Shown: positions 1-15,170, counted from the first letter of the stretch. The stretch: DNA of 64,000 nucleotides from Felis catus (GCF_018350175.1 NC_058368.1:190156001-190220000); one strand, 5' to 3'. A program made the numbers and translations. Notes: generated by a model from the letters alone, not told the origin.

Positions 1-195
1 AAACTTAATTGGTGCTCTCGGGTCACAACTCCTCATGAAAGAAGGTGCTAACAGGAGACACGTAGGCCTGAGGCTTCAGGGGCCAGCCCTCCCCCACCTC
101 CACCCCTCCTGGTGCCCCTGGAGCCTCTCCTCATCTTCCTGAAGCCTTGAACAGAACTGTGTTTCCTACTCATCCCTGTGACTTCTGAAGGCTAA

Positions 196-209
196 GTTGC
201 CATGGCAAC
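196..209. promoter_or_regulatory. Perfect palindromic RFX X-box GTTGCCATGGCAAC
   Basis: Exact 14-bp consensus match. Confidence 0.6.
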
Positions 210-1988
210 ACAGGCCACTGAACCGTGTTCAAAACCTGTTACCATAAAGAGGAACACTTAGCTGTCTCAAGAGTCTATTTAAAGGGGAACAGAGAGGCAA
301 TTACTCCTTATGGAGGGAGAGCAAAACCGTGTGCGTTTCTGAGCCTCTCCGCGGGGAAGGGTCTGAGAGAACAGATAGGACACGTCCTCGTTGTAGAGGT
401 GGGGACCTCAGACGTGGAGTGAACTGGCTCGCTCTGGGTCACACGAGACTGTTAGAGGCAGGGATCACTAGGGTTCTTATTCCGAGCTTTTCATCTCACT
501 CTACCCCTGTTATGTCTCCTCCCTAGTGCCTTCCTTTCCCTCCCCTCTCCATGTGCTTCTGCCTCCAGGACGAACCCTGAGCTGGGCAGCTGCAAACAGC
601 TGCAGCATGTTTATGGCTGGTTCTTCTCCCAAGGCCCAAAGGGCCTTTCCCAAGAGTAAATCAGACCCTCTGCCTCACTCTCCATTTCACAACACTTCAA
701 CGAATTCCTACCCAGGACTGCCACCTGTTCCTCCCTCCTCTGCTCCTATCTTGTCCCCTGTGCCCCTCCATTCCAGCTCATTCCAGGTTTTTTTCTTTCT
801 TACAAATATCAAGCTCTACCCTCTCTGAAATCAGCATATCCCTCCCGACCACCATCGCGCTCTATCCCGGTTTCCCTTTTATGCCCTCACTGCATGTACC
901 ACCCTCTGCCTTCACAATCTTTGGATGGTCATAATCTGCCTCTCTTAATGAAGGCTATTCACCCACAACCTAGAACTGCAGTCAGCAATGAACGGGCTCT
1001 CCATACCCCTCTGCTGTATGAGTGCACAGAGGCTGAGAGATCTTCCCAGGCTGAGATGATGCATCCTCAGAGCGACACCCCTCTCCCTTTCCTTCCACTA
1101 CTCCACTGCATCCGTGGCCCCGTGGCTGGAGGGCTGTGGACCCCACACACAGAGGAGCAGGTAGCACCGAGTGTTGGCGAGAATGGGAAGGAGGCAGGCA
1201 GCCTCTGTGACCAAGCCACAAGGGTCGGTGGGGACTGCCGAATGGTCAGGCAGCTAAAAGGTGCCCTGGGTCTGTGTGGTCCTGGGAAGTGGGAGTATGG
1301 GGAGGCGAGCCTATGCTCATCCTGCTAACTACCACCAGTTATTTAGTTCTTACTGTGTGCACTTTGCACGTTTTGTCTCCTCTCAGCCTCTAAACTACCC
1401 TGCGGGTTAGCGTGGCCGTCTCCCATCACACCAAAGGAAGAGAGCACTATGTGCTCTCCCCTCAGCCTGGACCACGATTCCTGGTTCTTCAGCAGGCCAA
1501 TTCCTGACCATTCTCCTGGTCACCCCCTAAGGGAAGTCCTCCCTCTCTCCCCAAGACCACACCAGGTTCTGTTTTGTGTTCCCACAAACCCCTGCACTCC
1601 TCCCTCCGAGCATTGCTGCAATGTATGCACAGCATTTCTGTGTGAATACATGGCTCAGTGTGAGTCTCCCCGCCACTGTCCAGGACACAGGGCAGGGGCT
1701 GACGATGACTCCACCCCCCAGTGCAGTGCCCAGTGCAGTTGTTATTTGTTTAATGAGTAGATGGAAAACTAAGCCTCGGATGAATTGAATTGCTGGGATC
1801 CTGCGGCTAGTGAAGGTGGTGCTGGGACAGGAACCCAGGTCTGTCTAACTCCAGGGCCTGTGTTCCTCCCAGGGTTCAAATGGTCGGAGCTGCCTGAGAG
1901 CAGAACAGATTTGTAGCACATACCCCGCACGGGACAACACGAGTCTATGCTGCAGGGCCTGCTGAGCAGGATACCCTGGGGGGCCTCA

Positions 1989-2294
<306 letters not shown>

Positions 2295-2479
2295 TCAAAC
2301 CCCTACCTCTCTACATGTGGGCCAGGGGTGAGACTTCTTTCAGGGCTCAGTACTAAAGAAAACTCAGGAGGCTGGCTCAAATCTTTTTTGGAACAAAACA
2401 AACATACGCAAATACAGCATCCCTGAATCTCTCCCAGTCCCTCCAAAAAGTTGTCTGAATTCTTAATAACGGGAATTAA

Positions 2480-2660
2480 CACTTATTTATAAGGGCAAGG
2501 TATTGTGCTAAGCACTTTATCTACAACATCTCATTTAATACAACAATACCATGAAGGGCACTATTACTTTTATTTTTAGATTATGGTCAGAGAGGGTAAG
2601 TGGCAGGCCCATAGTCACACAGCTAGTAAGTGGGGCACCTATGATTGAAAACCAGAGCTT
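2480..2660 (-). mobile_element. MIR SINE fragment
   Basis: tgtgctaagcacttt...agagagggtaag...gtcacacagctagtaagtgg core similarity. Confidence 0.7.
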
Positions 2661-2680
2661 CCGAGGGCAAGCCCTTTTCT

Positions 2681-2699
2681 TTCCTTTTCTTTTCTTTTC

Positions 2700-2730
<31 letters not shown>

Positions 2731-2944
2731 CTTTTCTTTTCTTTTCTTTTCTTTTCTTTTCTTTTCTTTTCTTTCTTTAGGTTTATTTATTTTTTGAGAG
2801 AGAGAGAGAGAGGAAATCTCAAGCTGACTCTACACTGTCAGAGCAGAGCCCAACGTGGGGCTCGAACTCAAGAACCATGAGATCATGACCTGAGCCGAAA
2901 TGAAGAATCAGACGCTTAACCAACTGAGCCATGTAGGTGTCCCC
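2681..2944 (-). mobile_element. CanSINE with (TTTTC)n-expanded tail
   Basis: tRNA-derived head (...gagatcatgacctgagccgaa...aggtgtcccc); TSD aagcccttttct at 2669-2680 and 2945-2956. Confidence 0.9.
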
Positions 2945-3553
2945 AAGCCCTTTTCTACTCTGAATCACATACACTCAGCACCTGACAGCTTGGTTTTTAG
3001 GAAAAAACACCAGGTGCCAAACTCACAGTCTCCACCTTTCCCGATTCCCATTCCCCAGATTCAGTCCCTGTGCCATTCACTATTAGGGAAGGAAAGAATG
3101 CTTTCTCTGCTCAGAGGCAGACTGGCAAAACTCCTGTTTCCTGACTCACCTTAGAAATGTCACTTGTATCACCACCTGCAGCACCTGCGTCCTCCAATGG
3201 GCAAATGGAGGAAGGGATCCTGGAGGTGCTGAGTTAGAAAAGACCTTTACAAGTAGGCTGTAAATGCTCTACAGCTGCTGTCCTCCCTAGCTCCCCAGCA
3301 GTCCTGTGGAGGCAGGCCCAATAGGCATCCTTTACCTTCACTGGGGAAGATGATGCTACTGCCCAGAGGGATTATAGATGCTTCAAGGCTATCTAGCTAA
3401 TGGAGGAGGTAGGATGCTAAACCAGTGCTGGGCCAGCTTGTGGGCCTGTTAGAGAAGCAAACCTTTCCAGGTAGATGGCCAGGGCCCCTGACCACCACAG
3501 GGTGGGCCTGGATTACTCTCCTATCACTACCTCCTGCCCCTGGCTCCCCATCA

Positions 3554-4120
<567 letters not shown>

Positions 4121-4933
4121 AGTAAGGCACTGCTCCCTGAGAGGAGGGAGTAGGTTCTCTCCTAAATGTGGGGGCACAGCCCTATTCTCTTTAATAACAA
4201 AAAATAGGCCTTTATGAGACAGAAAAGGGAGCTGTCTCATTAGTCCCTTGGGAATATACACTTCCAGGAGGGCAATTTCAAAGTATGGGCCTTTCCTGGG
4301 ATTGAGGTGCTTATATGAGATCCAGATTAAGAGCTAAAGTGTTATGGGCCAGGCAGCTGTAGAGACAGACACATTAGCTAATTTAAACACAGAAAATACA
4401 TTGCACATTTATCCCTCCTATGTCCAAGGCAGACATCTTTAACCCATTATATTTTCCTGTTTAACTCTGGATTTAGCGTCACAATCTGTAACAACTCGTG
4501 GCTCTACACAGCTGTTAGCAGAGGAGCGGTGAGCAGGCGAATCCTGCTTCCTATTTCTGGCGTGGCTACTCATTACTTTAGCTACTTCTCTCTTGTCATC
4601 TCAAAATTTCAGGAAAATCTTGTTTAAGTGTTTCAGCTTTACTTCGGCGTGTCATGGGGAAGTAAATGGAGCTTTGGATGATCACACTTGAAATCGGATA
4701 CAGAATTCCCTTGAGGCTAGTGCAGTGTTGCAAGTGTTTAGCAAGAAATCCCAAGGGGAAGAAGTGTGGTGATTGATTAGAGATGTGTGCCGTGAGCACA
4801 GGAGGGGAAAATGGCAGCACATGTGCCATGGAGTTTTCACGCTCAAGTTCAAAAACACTGCATAGGCGGAGAGTGTGAGCAGTAATTAGTAGGCCCTAAA
4901 GGTCAACATCAGGATTGCTGAGTTCATTTATCA

Positions 4934-5365
<432 letters not shown>

Positions 5366-7503
5366 TCATCTGTGATCTCTCACTGAGGACCCCTGTGAAT
5401 ACGTCTGCAAGAAGATGGTCATGGAGAGACTACAGGGTGGCATGAAGGCCACTAGGTGAGCAGTGGTTCCCCAGCAGAAGTGGAGAAAGGGCTTTCAGGC
5501 GAGAATCTTTTTTTTTTTACAGACGCTCCTGCCACTCACAAACCAGGAAGGACTCTGACAAACAGCCATGGGGTGGGGGTACAACAGATGGCTTTGTTTT
5601 TCTAGGGATATTTCTGGTCCTAGAAACTGGCTGGAAGAACTGTGTGGAAACTCAGTAGCATCTTCCCGTTGTTTTCTACTCTTTGTTGTCTCCATTTATA
5701 ATGGGGTGGGGTCTCGGGAACAGACAATCCAGGGGTCAGGACACCTGTGTTGAATGCATGGGGATCACCTACCCTTTTTGGAACCTCAGTTTCTTCATCT
5801 ACAAAATTAGAGTGTTGGATTAAATCAGTGGTTTCATAACTTTTCAAGTGGCAGTCCAAATGAAAAGTGTCACGGGGGCCAGTGTGTGAAACAGACCAAC
5901 ACAGAGTCACTCTGTTTGGCTGCTGGGTGGGGGGCCCAGAGTCCTGGCCACTGACTGGCTGCCTCCGCCCTCTGGACTCCAAGAGACACCTTCACTGAAT
6001 TAGTGCAATTTGTTTAAGATCTCTTTCTTTCTGGGAATGTGTGACCAAATATATATAGGGCTTCCAATTGGTCTCACTTGGTTGGTGAGACTGCAGAGTT
6101 ACTGTTGACTTTGTTCTTGAAATGCCGCGACCTGTGGTACGCCTCATGCCAGGCTTTGTGAAGCCCTCCACGTGCATTCTTGATTAACCTTCACAACAAA
6201 CATACAGTTTGTAGCCCCGTTTCACAGATGACAGGACTGAGGTTCAAGGGGATAAGGAGCTTGCTCAAGGTCACACGGTCCTGAGGTAACTGAGCTGTGA
6301 CCCGAATCCAGATAGATCTGATTCCAAAGCCCATGTCCTTCACCTCTATATATTATCATGGACTTTGGAGGGGCTGAGTTCTATTAGAAACCATACCCAG
6401 TTTTTTAGAAAAGACATCACTTCAAAGCTTAGTTCTGAGTGTAGTCTCCTACCTGGAATTGTAAAAATCTAATACCCATGGAACATGCAATTATGTAAAG
6501 ACCACATCTGATATTTTATTAGCGGAAATTCAACATTAGTTAGCTAATTAGAAATTCTACATGAATTAAAAAGGAACTGTAGTGATGCTTCTGGAGGGCT
6601 GCGAGATTCTCAACTCCCTTTGGAGCCACTGAAGGAAGATTTAATTATGTTCAGCCCAGGCTCTACAGTAAGTATGTTCTACCATAAATGAATTCCAAAC
6701 TTCACACAACAAGCATCACAATTACAGTACTCTCTAATAACAAAGATACATGAAGAACACTATTAGAGTACCCACTGATAATAAGAATTCGTGAGGAATG
6801 AGAACACCCCCGCATCCAGCAGGATGACTAACACAATAGCTCGTTCAGTAAGGTAATGCCGACGCTTGGAACGTGAGAAGGAGCAGCACTCTGCACCCAG
6901 CATGGATGTGCTGTCACAAATTCTACTGGAACCTGGGGGAGGGATATCTTTTATGTAGCTACTAGAGATTTCTAAATGTTATGAGGCAGGAATGGTTTAT
7001 GTAGGGAGGGAAATATAATTGATTGGAAAGCATGATGTTCACCAAAGTCAATGATCAATAAACACTGGAAGTATTCGTATGAATGGTTGAGAGTTGAGTT
7101 TGATTCAGTCAACCACAGAACCAGGTTGGGCCATATAATTTTCTGTGTATGAAAGTAAAAACTATTTTAGTGACTCTGTAACAGGCCACTCTGTACAACA
7201 GGGCTGGGACAGGGTGAGGTGAGGGAGGCATTCATTCTCCTGAGTGAGTGCATCTTAGCTCTGGCCCTGTTATTAAAGTCCTATTCTGTATTCTCTTGTT
7301 TCCAGCCTAGGGATGAGGAGTATCCAGCAAACACCAAACAAATCATGGCTGACCTCTATTGAGGAGGGAGATTGATGAGAAAGGGGCAGGAGAGAATCAT
7401 CTAGGTGATGGAAATGCCCTACATGCTGTTTGGGTTGCTGACTACATAGATGTATACATTTGTGAAAACTCATGAAACTGTATGTACACTTATGGTCTGT
7501 GGA

Positions 7504-7762
7504 TGTTATGGACTGAATGGTTGTATCCCCTCAAAATTCATATGAAATCCTACCTCCTGTTATGATGGTGGGACCTTTGGGAGGTAATTAAAGTCATGAG
7601 GGTGGAATCCTCATGAATGGGATTAATGCTCTTGTAAGAAGACAAATGAGAGAGCTTGTTTTCTTTTCTTTTCTTCCTCTCTCTCTCTTCCTCCCTTCCT
7701 CCCACCCTCTCTCTCTTCCTCTTTCTTTCTTCCTTTTTTTTCTTTCTTTTTTTTCTTTCTTT

Positions 7763-7818
<56 letters not shown>

Positions 7819-7822
7819 TGTT

Positions 7823-7879
<57 letters not shown>

Positions 7880-8041
7880 CTTTCCTTCCTTCCTTCCTTC
7901 CTTCCTTCCTTCCTTCCTTCCTTCCTTCCCCCTCCATCCCTCCTCCTCTTTCTTTTCTTTTCTTTCTTTCTCTCCTCCCTTCCCCTTCCATCCCTCCTCT
8001 TTTCTTTTCTTTCTTTTCTTTTCTTTTCTTTTCTTTTCTTT

Positions 8042-8072
<31 letters not shown>

Positions 8073-8083
8073 CTCTTTCTTTT

Positions 8084-8163
<80 letters not shown>

Positions 8164-8420
8164 TCCTTCCCCCTGCATCCCTCCTCCTCTTTTTTCTTCC
8201 TTCCTTCCTTCCTTCCTTCCTTCCTTCCTTCCTTCCTTCCTTCTCCATCATGTGGAATACAGTGAGGAGAAGTCTATTTGTAAACCAGCAAGTGGGTCTG
8301 TGCTAGACAACTGATCTGCCAATACCATGGTCTCAGACTTCCCAGCCTCTAGGCAATAAATAAGTGTGTACACCAACCAGTCTATGGTATTGTTGTAGCA
8401 GCCTGAACTGATTAAGACTG
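7504..8420 (+). mobile_element. MLT1A-like LTR split by a compound microsatellite
   Basis: LTR 5' part 7504-7660 and 3' part 8245-8420 flank the pyrimidine array. Confidence 0.8.
7659..8246 (+). repeat. Compound (TTTC)n/(TTCC)n/(TTTTC)n microsatellite, about 590 bp
   Basis: Directly visible; almost purely pyrimidine on the + strand. Confidence 0.98.
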
Positions 8421-11236
8421 CATCTTAACTCAATATGGTTATAACTCAATATAAATGTAAATTTAAAAAACCCACTGGGCTGATTTACTTGCCAACATTT
8501 GTTTTCAAAGATTAAAAAACAAAACCATGATTTGAATTTTCTCCTGAAAAGGGCTGCAGCTCAAGACTGCACAGGAACAAGGGAATGATGACCTGGCTGT
8601 GCTGGGGGCATGTGACAGAGCTTACTGACTTCTAGAACCACCTTCTCATCTCCCCACCCACACCAGGCACTCAGGACCTCTCCTCTGAACCCGGTGAAGC
8701 TCACCTTCATCCCTTTTACAAATATCTCATGAAAGGAATTTCTGAGCAGCAGGGAGCTTTCAAATGGATATCCCTGATGGGTACAAAAGCAATCAACTAT
8801 TTTTTTTTTTTTCCCTGTCTGATTCTCTGACTTTTTCTTCCTGTTTTGTCTGATTCTAGAGGATGGACTTTTGGGGGGGGATGTGTGGGGGGTGGTGTGG
8901 TGCCTGAGTTTAAATCCCAGGTCCACAAATTTACTAGCTAGATGATTCTGAGCAAATGACTCATACTCTCTAGGCCAAGAACTCCAATAGGGTTGTTGGA
9001 AGTTTAAATGAGGCAACATATATAAGGCGCGATGCATAGTGCTTGGCACATTGAAAGCACTCCCGTGATAACCACCATTAATATTGCTTTGTTTGAGAAT
9101 CTGGTAGGTAAAGACTAAGAAAATACAACTTCTTGGCCAAATGTCCCCCAGCAGCCTTGGTTGCAGTCATGATTCTCGGAACGTGGAGAGGAGAGTGCAC
9201 CCAATGGGGTGAGATTTTACACGACACACTGTATATCCCACATGAGGTCATAGCTGGGACTAGCCAACACACCAAACATGCAGATTTTGCTCAATATTTA
9301 CAACACTATAAAAACAGGAGCTGTCCAGCAACAGACCGTGCTGGGTAGAGGCCCTCATGGCTCCAAGTGTCCTGGTGGAGGCTGCGAAACACAGTGTGGC
9401 TAGAAGGGAGCCCTGCCTGAGCCAGGGGTGGACAGGGGCACTCCTTCTGAGCTCCTAGCTGCAGTGCTGTCTTCTTAGGCATTCCTCCTTAGCATTCTCA
9501 ACCCTCCCTCCCACCCAAGCGCCAAGTGCCCTTAGCACTCATAGCAAGTGCAAATAAAAACATATTCAGGGAGATAGAAACTATTCAGCAGCCTCTCCAG
9601 TTCTAGACGGAGAAGAAGAATAACTCTGGAATTGTTTCTACCACACACAGGGGTGTAAAGAATTCCCCTACAGACCCACTCAGTGCACACAAGAGGCCTC
9701 TTGTTGGCCTTCCCACACCAGTCTTGGATTCTGGTCTAGACCACAAATTTAGGCCTCGGTTGATGGCCCAAGCTCAGGAAGGATCAGCATGAAATGAGCA
9801 GAATTCAAGTCCTCTTAAGTGAATAAGTGAGTCAGTTCCCCTCACTCCCCCCCACCCTCAAAATACACCACACCCATGCAGGAGGAAATACACACACACG
9901 CATGCTGCAAAGTACATGCACACACACACACCCCCGGAGGGCACCCATCTGACCTGCTGGCTCAATAGGAGGCTGGGCCCTATTGAGAAAATGTGGGAAT
10001 ATGGGAGCCTGGCCATTTTCTGAGGTTTAGCAAAGAAAAACAGGAAGGCAACATGACCTGAGACATTGGAAACTTGCTACATACCTCTTACACGGAACCA
10101 ATCCTGCTGACTCAGGTAACTACCAGGCTGCCTGCCTTAGAAACTAATTATATATCCTATTTAGGATGCCTCACTGGTTTAAATGCATACTGCACAAAAT
10201 AGCTAACTTTATGAGATCTCAAGAAGTAAACAATCCTGATTTAGAAATTAGAACCATATTTTTAATACGTGACACAGATGTGCATTTTTTTTTTCTTGAA
10301 GGCAAGACAGTATTTTAAGGAAGACAGAAAATAAGGTGAGTTTGATCTGGCAGATGCTGGGGCCCTGTAATATTATTAATATGGGCTTTAAAAAAAAACC
10401 CTGTAAGATGTATACATAACCTAAAAGCTACCATTTTCACCATTTTTAAGTGTTGTATAAGGCGACTACCTCTCACGGACAGTAAACATGGCCAGCCACT
10501 CCAATCACTGAGGACTACTTATTTGGCAAACTGAATTTGCAAGCAATCTGTATCTCTGCTTTCTGGAATCACAATCTCTGTTTTCGGAGATCCCAAGAAG
10601 AGTTAAAACCGTTTCTAATTTTCCCGTTTTAGTTACAATTTCTCTAATGTTCCTTGAGCAATCTGAATCCCATCAGTCCAGGGACACAAACATGACTTCC
10701 TAATTCAGGTGGAGAGCTCAGCTCAACTCTCTGAAATCCCCGCAGGGCAAGGAAGACTGGGGAGATAACAGCAACACCCTCCTTGTTGAGAGCCTCCTTG
10801 AGAGCCCACAGGCTAAGATGTGTTAAAGGACTGATAGAGTCCTGAGTTAAAGGTTCAAGTCCATCGGCAGGAAGGGCTGACATTTCTGTCTCTTCCTGAT
10901 GTGTAGTGAGCCGCAGGCAGGCTGGGTCTCCAGTGTCTGGCTTCTTTCCTGGGCTTCTTAGCTCAGAGGTTGAAAAATCCAAGATGGTTGCTGTAGAGGC
11001 CTCAGGAATCAGTGCTCCTCCCTTTCTTGTCTCGTGAATAAAGGCAAGAGGGAGAACAGGAATGGAACTCTCTGGCAATACCATACCAACGCTATGTACA
11101 CTTAGAGATGCTAAGATTTTTGGAAGAAACCAAAGTCATCGCTTTTTAAATAACCTATACCAATGTGATGACACCTAAGTGTGTAATGTTCCTGAGCTTA
11201 TGAATAATTCCTTCATATATAAAATATACCCAGGTA

Positions 11237-11697
11237 TGTTAGCTTTCTGTGGCGGCTATAACAAATTACCACAAATCTGGTAAAAAAGAGAAATAAATTA
11301 TCTTAACAGTTCCGAAAGCCATAATCCAAAATCAGAATGATGGAGCTAAGATCAAGGTGTCGGCAGGGCCACACCACCTCCAGAGGCTGGGGGAGGACCC
11401 ATCCCTCGCCTCTTCCAGCTTTTGGTGCCTTCCAGCATTCCAAGGGTTGTGGCCTCCTCTGTTGTCTCTTGAGGTGTGGGCTCCTCCTCCGTTTGTGTGT
11501 AACCTCCCTCTGCCTCCCTCTTATAAGGACACTTGTGATAGCATTTCAGACCCGTCCTGGTACTCTAGGATAATCTCCCATCTCATGGTCCTTCATTTAA
11601 TCACATCCACAAAGCCCTGTTTTCAAATGCAGTGATATTTCCAGGTGGCAGGATTAGGACCTGACATCTTTGGGGGCCATGATCAGCCTCCTACACC
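11237..11697 (-). mobile_element. MLT1-family LTR
   Basis: ggctataacaaattaccacaaa...aaggtgtcggcagggcca...ctcttataaggacactt. Confidence 0.75.
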
Positions 11698-11856
11698 ATG
11701 TAAGGCAGGTACAATCACCCCCATTCAACAGAGGAGGAACCTAAGGGAAGTGAAATACAAGATGATATTCTACTGCGTGTACCAATTGGCAAAATAACAA
11801 AAAATTCTTCTGGACTGGTGGGTCAATAATGTTGTGTAGCTGGGGGGCAGTGCCAT

Positions 11857-11972
11857 GCAGCCACGAGAGCGGGGGCAGCCACGGGAGCGGGGACAGCCAC
11901 GGGAGCGGGGGCAGCCACGGGAGCGGGGGCAGCCATGGGAGTGGGGGCAGCCACGGGAGCGGGGACAGCCAC
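11857..11972 (+). repeat. 18-bp GC-rich minisatellite (RCAGCCACGGGAGCGGGG), about 6.4 copies
   Basis: Directly visible tandem units with few substitutions. Confidence 0.95.
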
Positions 11973-13086
11973 AGCAAAGCCAGTAGCACTGCTGGTGGGG
12001 CCGTCAGTGGGGCTGATGCAGACTCCGCTGGGCAGGCCAGGCTGGACGCTGGCACCAAGGGATGGGCCCAGCTGAGATGTCTCAGCTGGATGTAGCAATG
12101 CACTGGGTCCCACGTCTCAAGGATATGACTTAATGGAAAAAGCGTTGCAAGAGAATGATGGATTTCCTTGAGGTCAAATCATGGCTCGGACAGGGGCATC
12201 ATGCAGCTAGTGACAACCACACCAAACACAAGGTCATACCGACAATTTCTGCAGACTGAAATTATTGGGAAATTACTGATATACTTTAAGGGCTGATTTG
12301 TATGACAATCTATGTCACTTGGAAGGCAGTTTTATGATAGACTCTATATAATTTACTTGACTTAGTACATTTAAAATTTAGGCTCATATACTAATTTCAA
12401 TTATTGGCCTGGCTGTTAAACATCTTTTACATTTAGTATCACCCCTCACCCTAAGTGACAGAGCTCTTGGTCAGGGGTACATGGGCTCCAGATTCCAGAG
12501 CAGGGAACCTCAGAAGAGGAAAAACACATGCTGAGTGCATCTCTCCAGATGTATTTAATGGTTTGCCTCCTTCTATGGCTACATTCAGGTGGCTGGATGT
12601 TCTCTCTGAGGTCTTTTAATTCCTCGTCTGCTCCCATCATTCTGGAATCCACTAAACTGTGAAGTCCTGTCTCTACTGCTGAAGAGAAGCTAAGCAAAGG
12701 TAAGCATTCCTGTTGATTACTGTTGACTGAAGAATAAGGCAGGCACAAGAGTGGTGCATCAGGGAGGCTGGCCAGGAGCGCCGGCTCTAGGGATCCAGAC
12801 CGGGAGACGGCTTGGCTCTGCCAAGCCTCACTTTGTGTTGATGGTCAAGTTAATTAACCCCTCTGAGCCTCAGTTTCCCCCTGTGTACAATGGTGATAAG
12901 AGGCCTACTTCAAAGAGTTGTCACCTGGGTAAAGTGATAAAGCACATGTAAAATGCAACAAAATGCATTTTATTGTTTCTGAGTTGTATGGATTTGGCTG
13001 TTGTCTTTGAGTCTTTCTGTATTCTTTAATTTATGTACAATACGCATACACACACACATACATATATTTAAAATAAAACTTTTTTA

Positions 13087-13140
13087 GAAGGAAGGAAGGA
13101 AGGAAGGAAGGAAGGAAGGAAGGAAGGAAGGAAGGAAGGA
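13087..13140 (+). repeat. (GGAA)n microsatellite
   Basis: Directly visible, about 13 units. Confidence 0.97.
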
Positions 13141-14752
13141 TGGATCATGTAGGGTGCAAACCTTGTCCATATCAGCCTCTGGATGAAGAAGCTACAGTCA
13201 ACTCAGGCAATGGCTCTGACCCACTGACTTTTCTTCTGAATAGTAACTATTGTTCCTAAGCCCGGCACTCACAGAGATGGGTTCATTACACTGCTCCAAC
13301 ACTGTAAGACAGGTATTCTTGATATTTGCATCAATAGAAGAGTTAACCAAGGTATAGAAAAATGAGGGAATCCGTCAAGGCCACAGAGGCAGGATTCAAA
13401 CCCAGCCTTGGGATTTTAAGGTCTGTACCCTGAACAATGACCTTGTGCTGGGTGCCAGCCAGCTTTGGGACTGGGGATACCCTCACATCACCCCTTTGTT
13501 GCCACCTTCAGGAAGGGCACAGGGACCCCCACTCTGGCTGGTTTCCTCTAGCAGTAATTTACTAATGGTGTAAACCAATCAGGGCCGTCCTGGCCTCTCT
13601 GAAGGTGGAGAAAGAGTAAGCCTTCCTGGGATGTGATCTCCTGAGGCCAGTGCCTCCAGAAGATTTATCTCAAGCACTGAGGGCTGCGTTGGCTCCTCCG
13701 GGTGCTGCTGGTAGATGGTGATGGCCAAAGGGGCAGGACGCACCCAGGACTCAGGGTTGGGGGCATGCTTTTCACTGCTGGCTCTGCCTCTAGTCAGTCG
13801 TATGGTTTGAGGTTGCCCTCCCTTCCCTTGGGATCTGTGAAACAGGAAGGCTTCTAGGCCTCACTCCCATTCTCTAAGTGTCTCAACTTCTCAAATAAGA
13901 AGCTCAGCGTTAAAAATGGCATCCAGGAGCATTAAAAATAAATTTCAATTTTCTGTGGCAAAGGCTTGAGTTCTATCTTGTCACTCCACAGGCCTCCCAA
14001 GTCTGGTATTTTTATTTCCCTCAAAATAACCTTTTCAAAAGGCACCTGCAAACTACCACGGTGGCCTTTCTGTGGAGAGGACACTTTTATGTTCTGCAGG
14101 GAGTCACCATTAGCACACATTACGGCAGAGTTTAGACAGGCCCCTGGGAAGACCTAATGCCATGGGAAAGTCACAGAGCAAGTGTCTAATCAAGGGACAT
14201 CCCGGGACTCCAAGGCTCACAGAGACCCTTGGCCAGGGGAGGGTCTGTGACTCACCGGGAAACTTCAGAACTTTTTGATTATCACTCATGTGGATCACAA
14301 GGAGACTTTCATGGGTTCACTTGGATACTTTGGCCAAGAACCAATAAGAGAAAGAAACCCTGACTTTTAAAAGCACGTAATTTGTGTAAAATAATTCAGG
14401 TCTAAGTCTGCCTAAGCCGGGGCTGCTATCACAAATTTCCACAAACTTGGTAGCTTAGGATGACAGAACTTGATTCTCTTCATATATCAGATGTGCTCTG
14501 TGCTCGCCCCAATAGAGTGCTGGCAACAAATTCTTTTGAGGTTGAGGAGACCAGGAAGGCGTAGAATTGCGGAGGCAGATAGTTTTGTGGGAAATGGAAG
14601 TAGAGTCAGGGTTCTTCAAAGAGAAGGAACTTTGGGGATCATCCAATCCAGGAATAGTAAAGGGTTTCCATTTCTGGTCTCAGCTCCAACTGATGGATTG
14701 GGAAGCAGCTTCTTGGGATGCCTGTGTTTCTGAGCCCAACTGGAAGAAGTGT

Positions 14753-15170
14753 TGTATTAGTTTCCTAAGGGCATTGTGACAAATGATCCCAAACGTGGTG
14801 CCTCAACACTGTAACATCCTACAGTTCTGGAGGCCAGGAACCTGAAATCAAGCTGCTGGCAGGGCCACGTGCCCGCTGAAGATTCCATCCTTGCATCTTC
14901 CAGGCCCCGGCAGTGCCTGGCACTCTCTGGTTCTGGTGACATCACTGCAACCTTGGCCTCTGTCTTCACATGGCTCCTTCCCCTTGTGCCCCTCTGTGTA
15001 AATCTCCCTCTCCTTTCTCTTATAAAGACACCAGTCATTGGATTCAGTGTTCCCCCTAAATCTAGGATGGTATCATTTCAAGATCCTCAACTAATTTAAA
15101 TTTACAAAGACCCTATTTCCAAATAAGGTCACACCCTGAGGTTCTGGGTAGACTCAAATCAACCCAGTAC
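14753..15170 (-). mobile_element. MLT1-family LTR
   Basis: tgtattagtttcctaagg...acagttctggaggccagg...ctcttataaagacacc...aagaccctatttccaaataaggtcac. Confidence 0.8.

Noticed and set aside
7550..8314. Long K/E/R-rich and F/L/S-rich ORFs on both strands (also 25967-26455 and 2551-2880)
   Set aside because: Translations of microsatellites; not genes
11857..11972. CRISPR-like array
   Set aside because: Head-to-tail tandem repeat with no spacers, in a mammalian genome
11741..12113. ORFs with GGSHGS, PVAAPA or WLPPLP repeats
   Set aside because: Open only because the 18-bp minisatellite lacks stops; no recognisable domain or splice support
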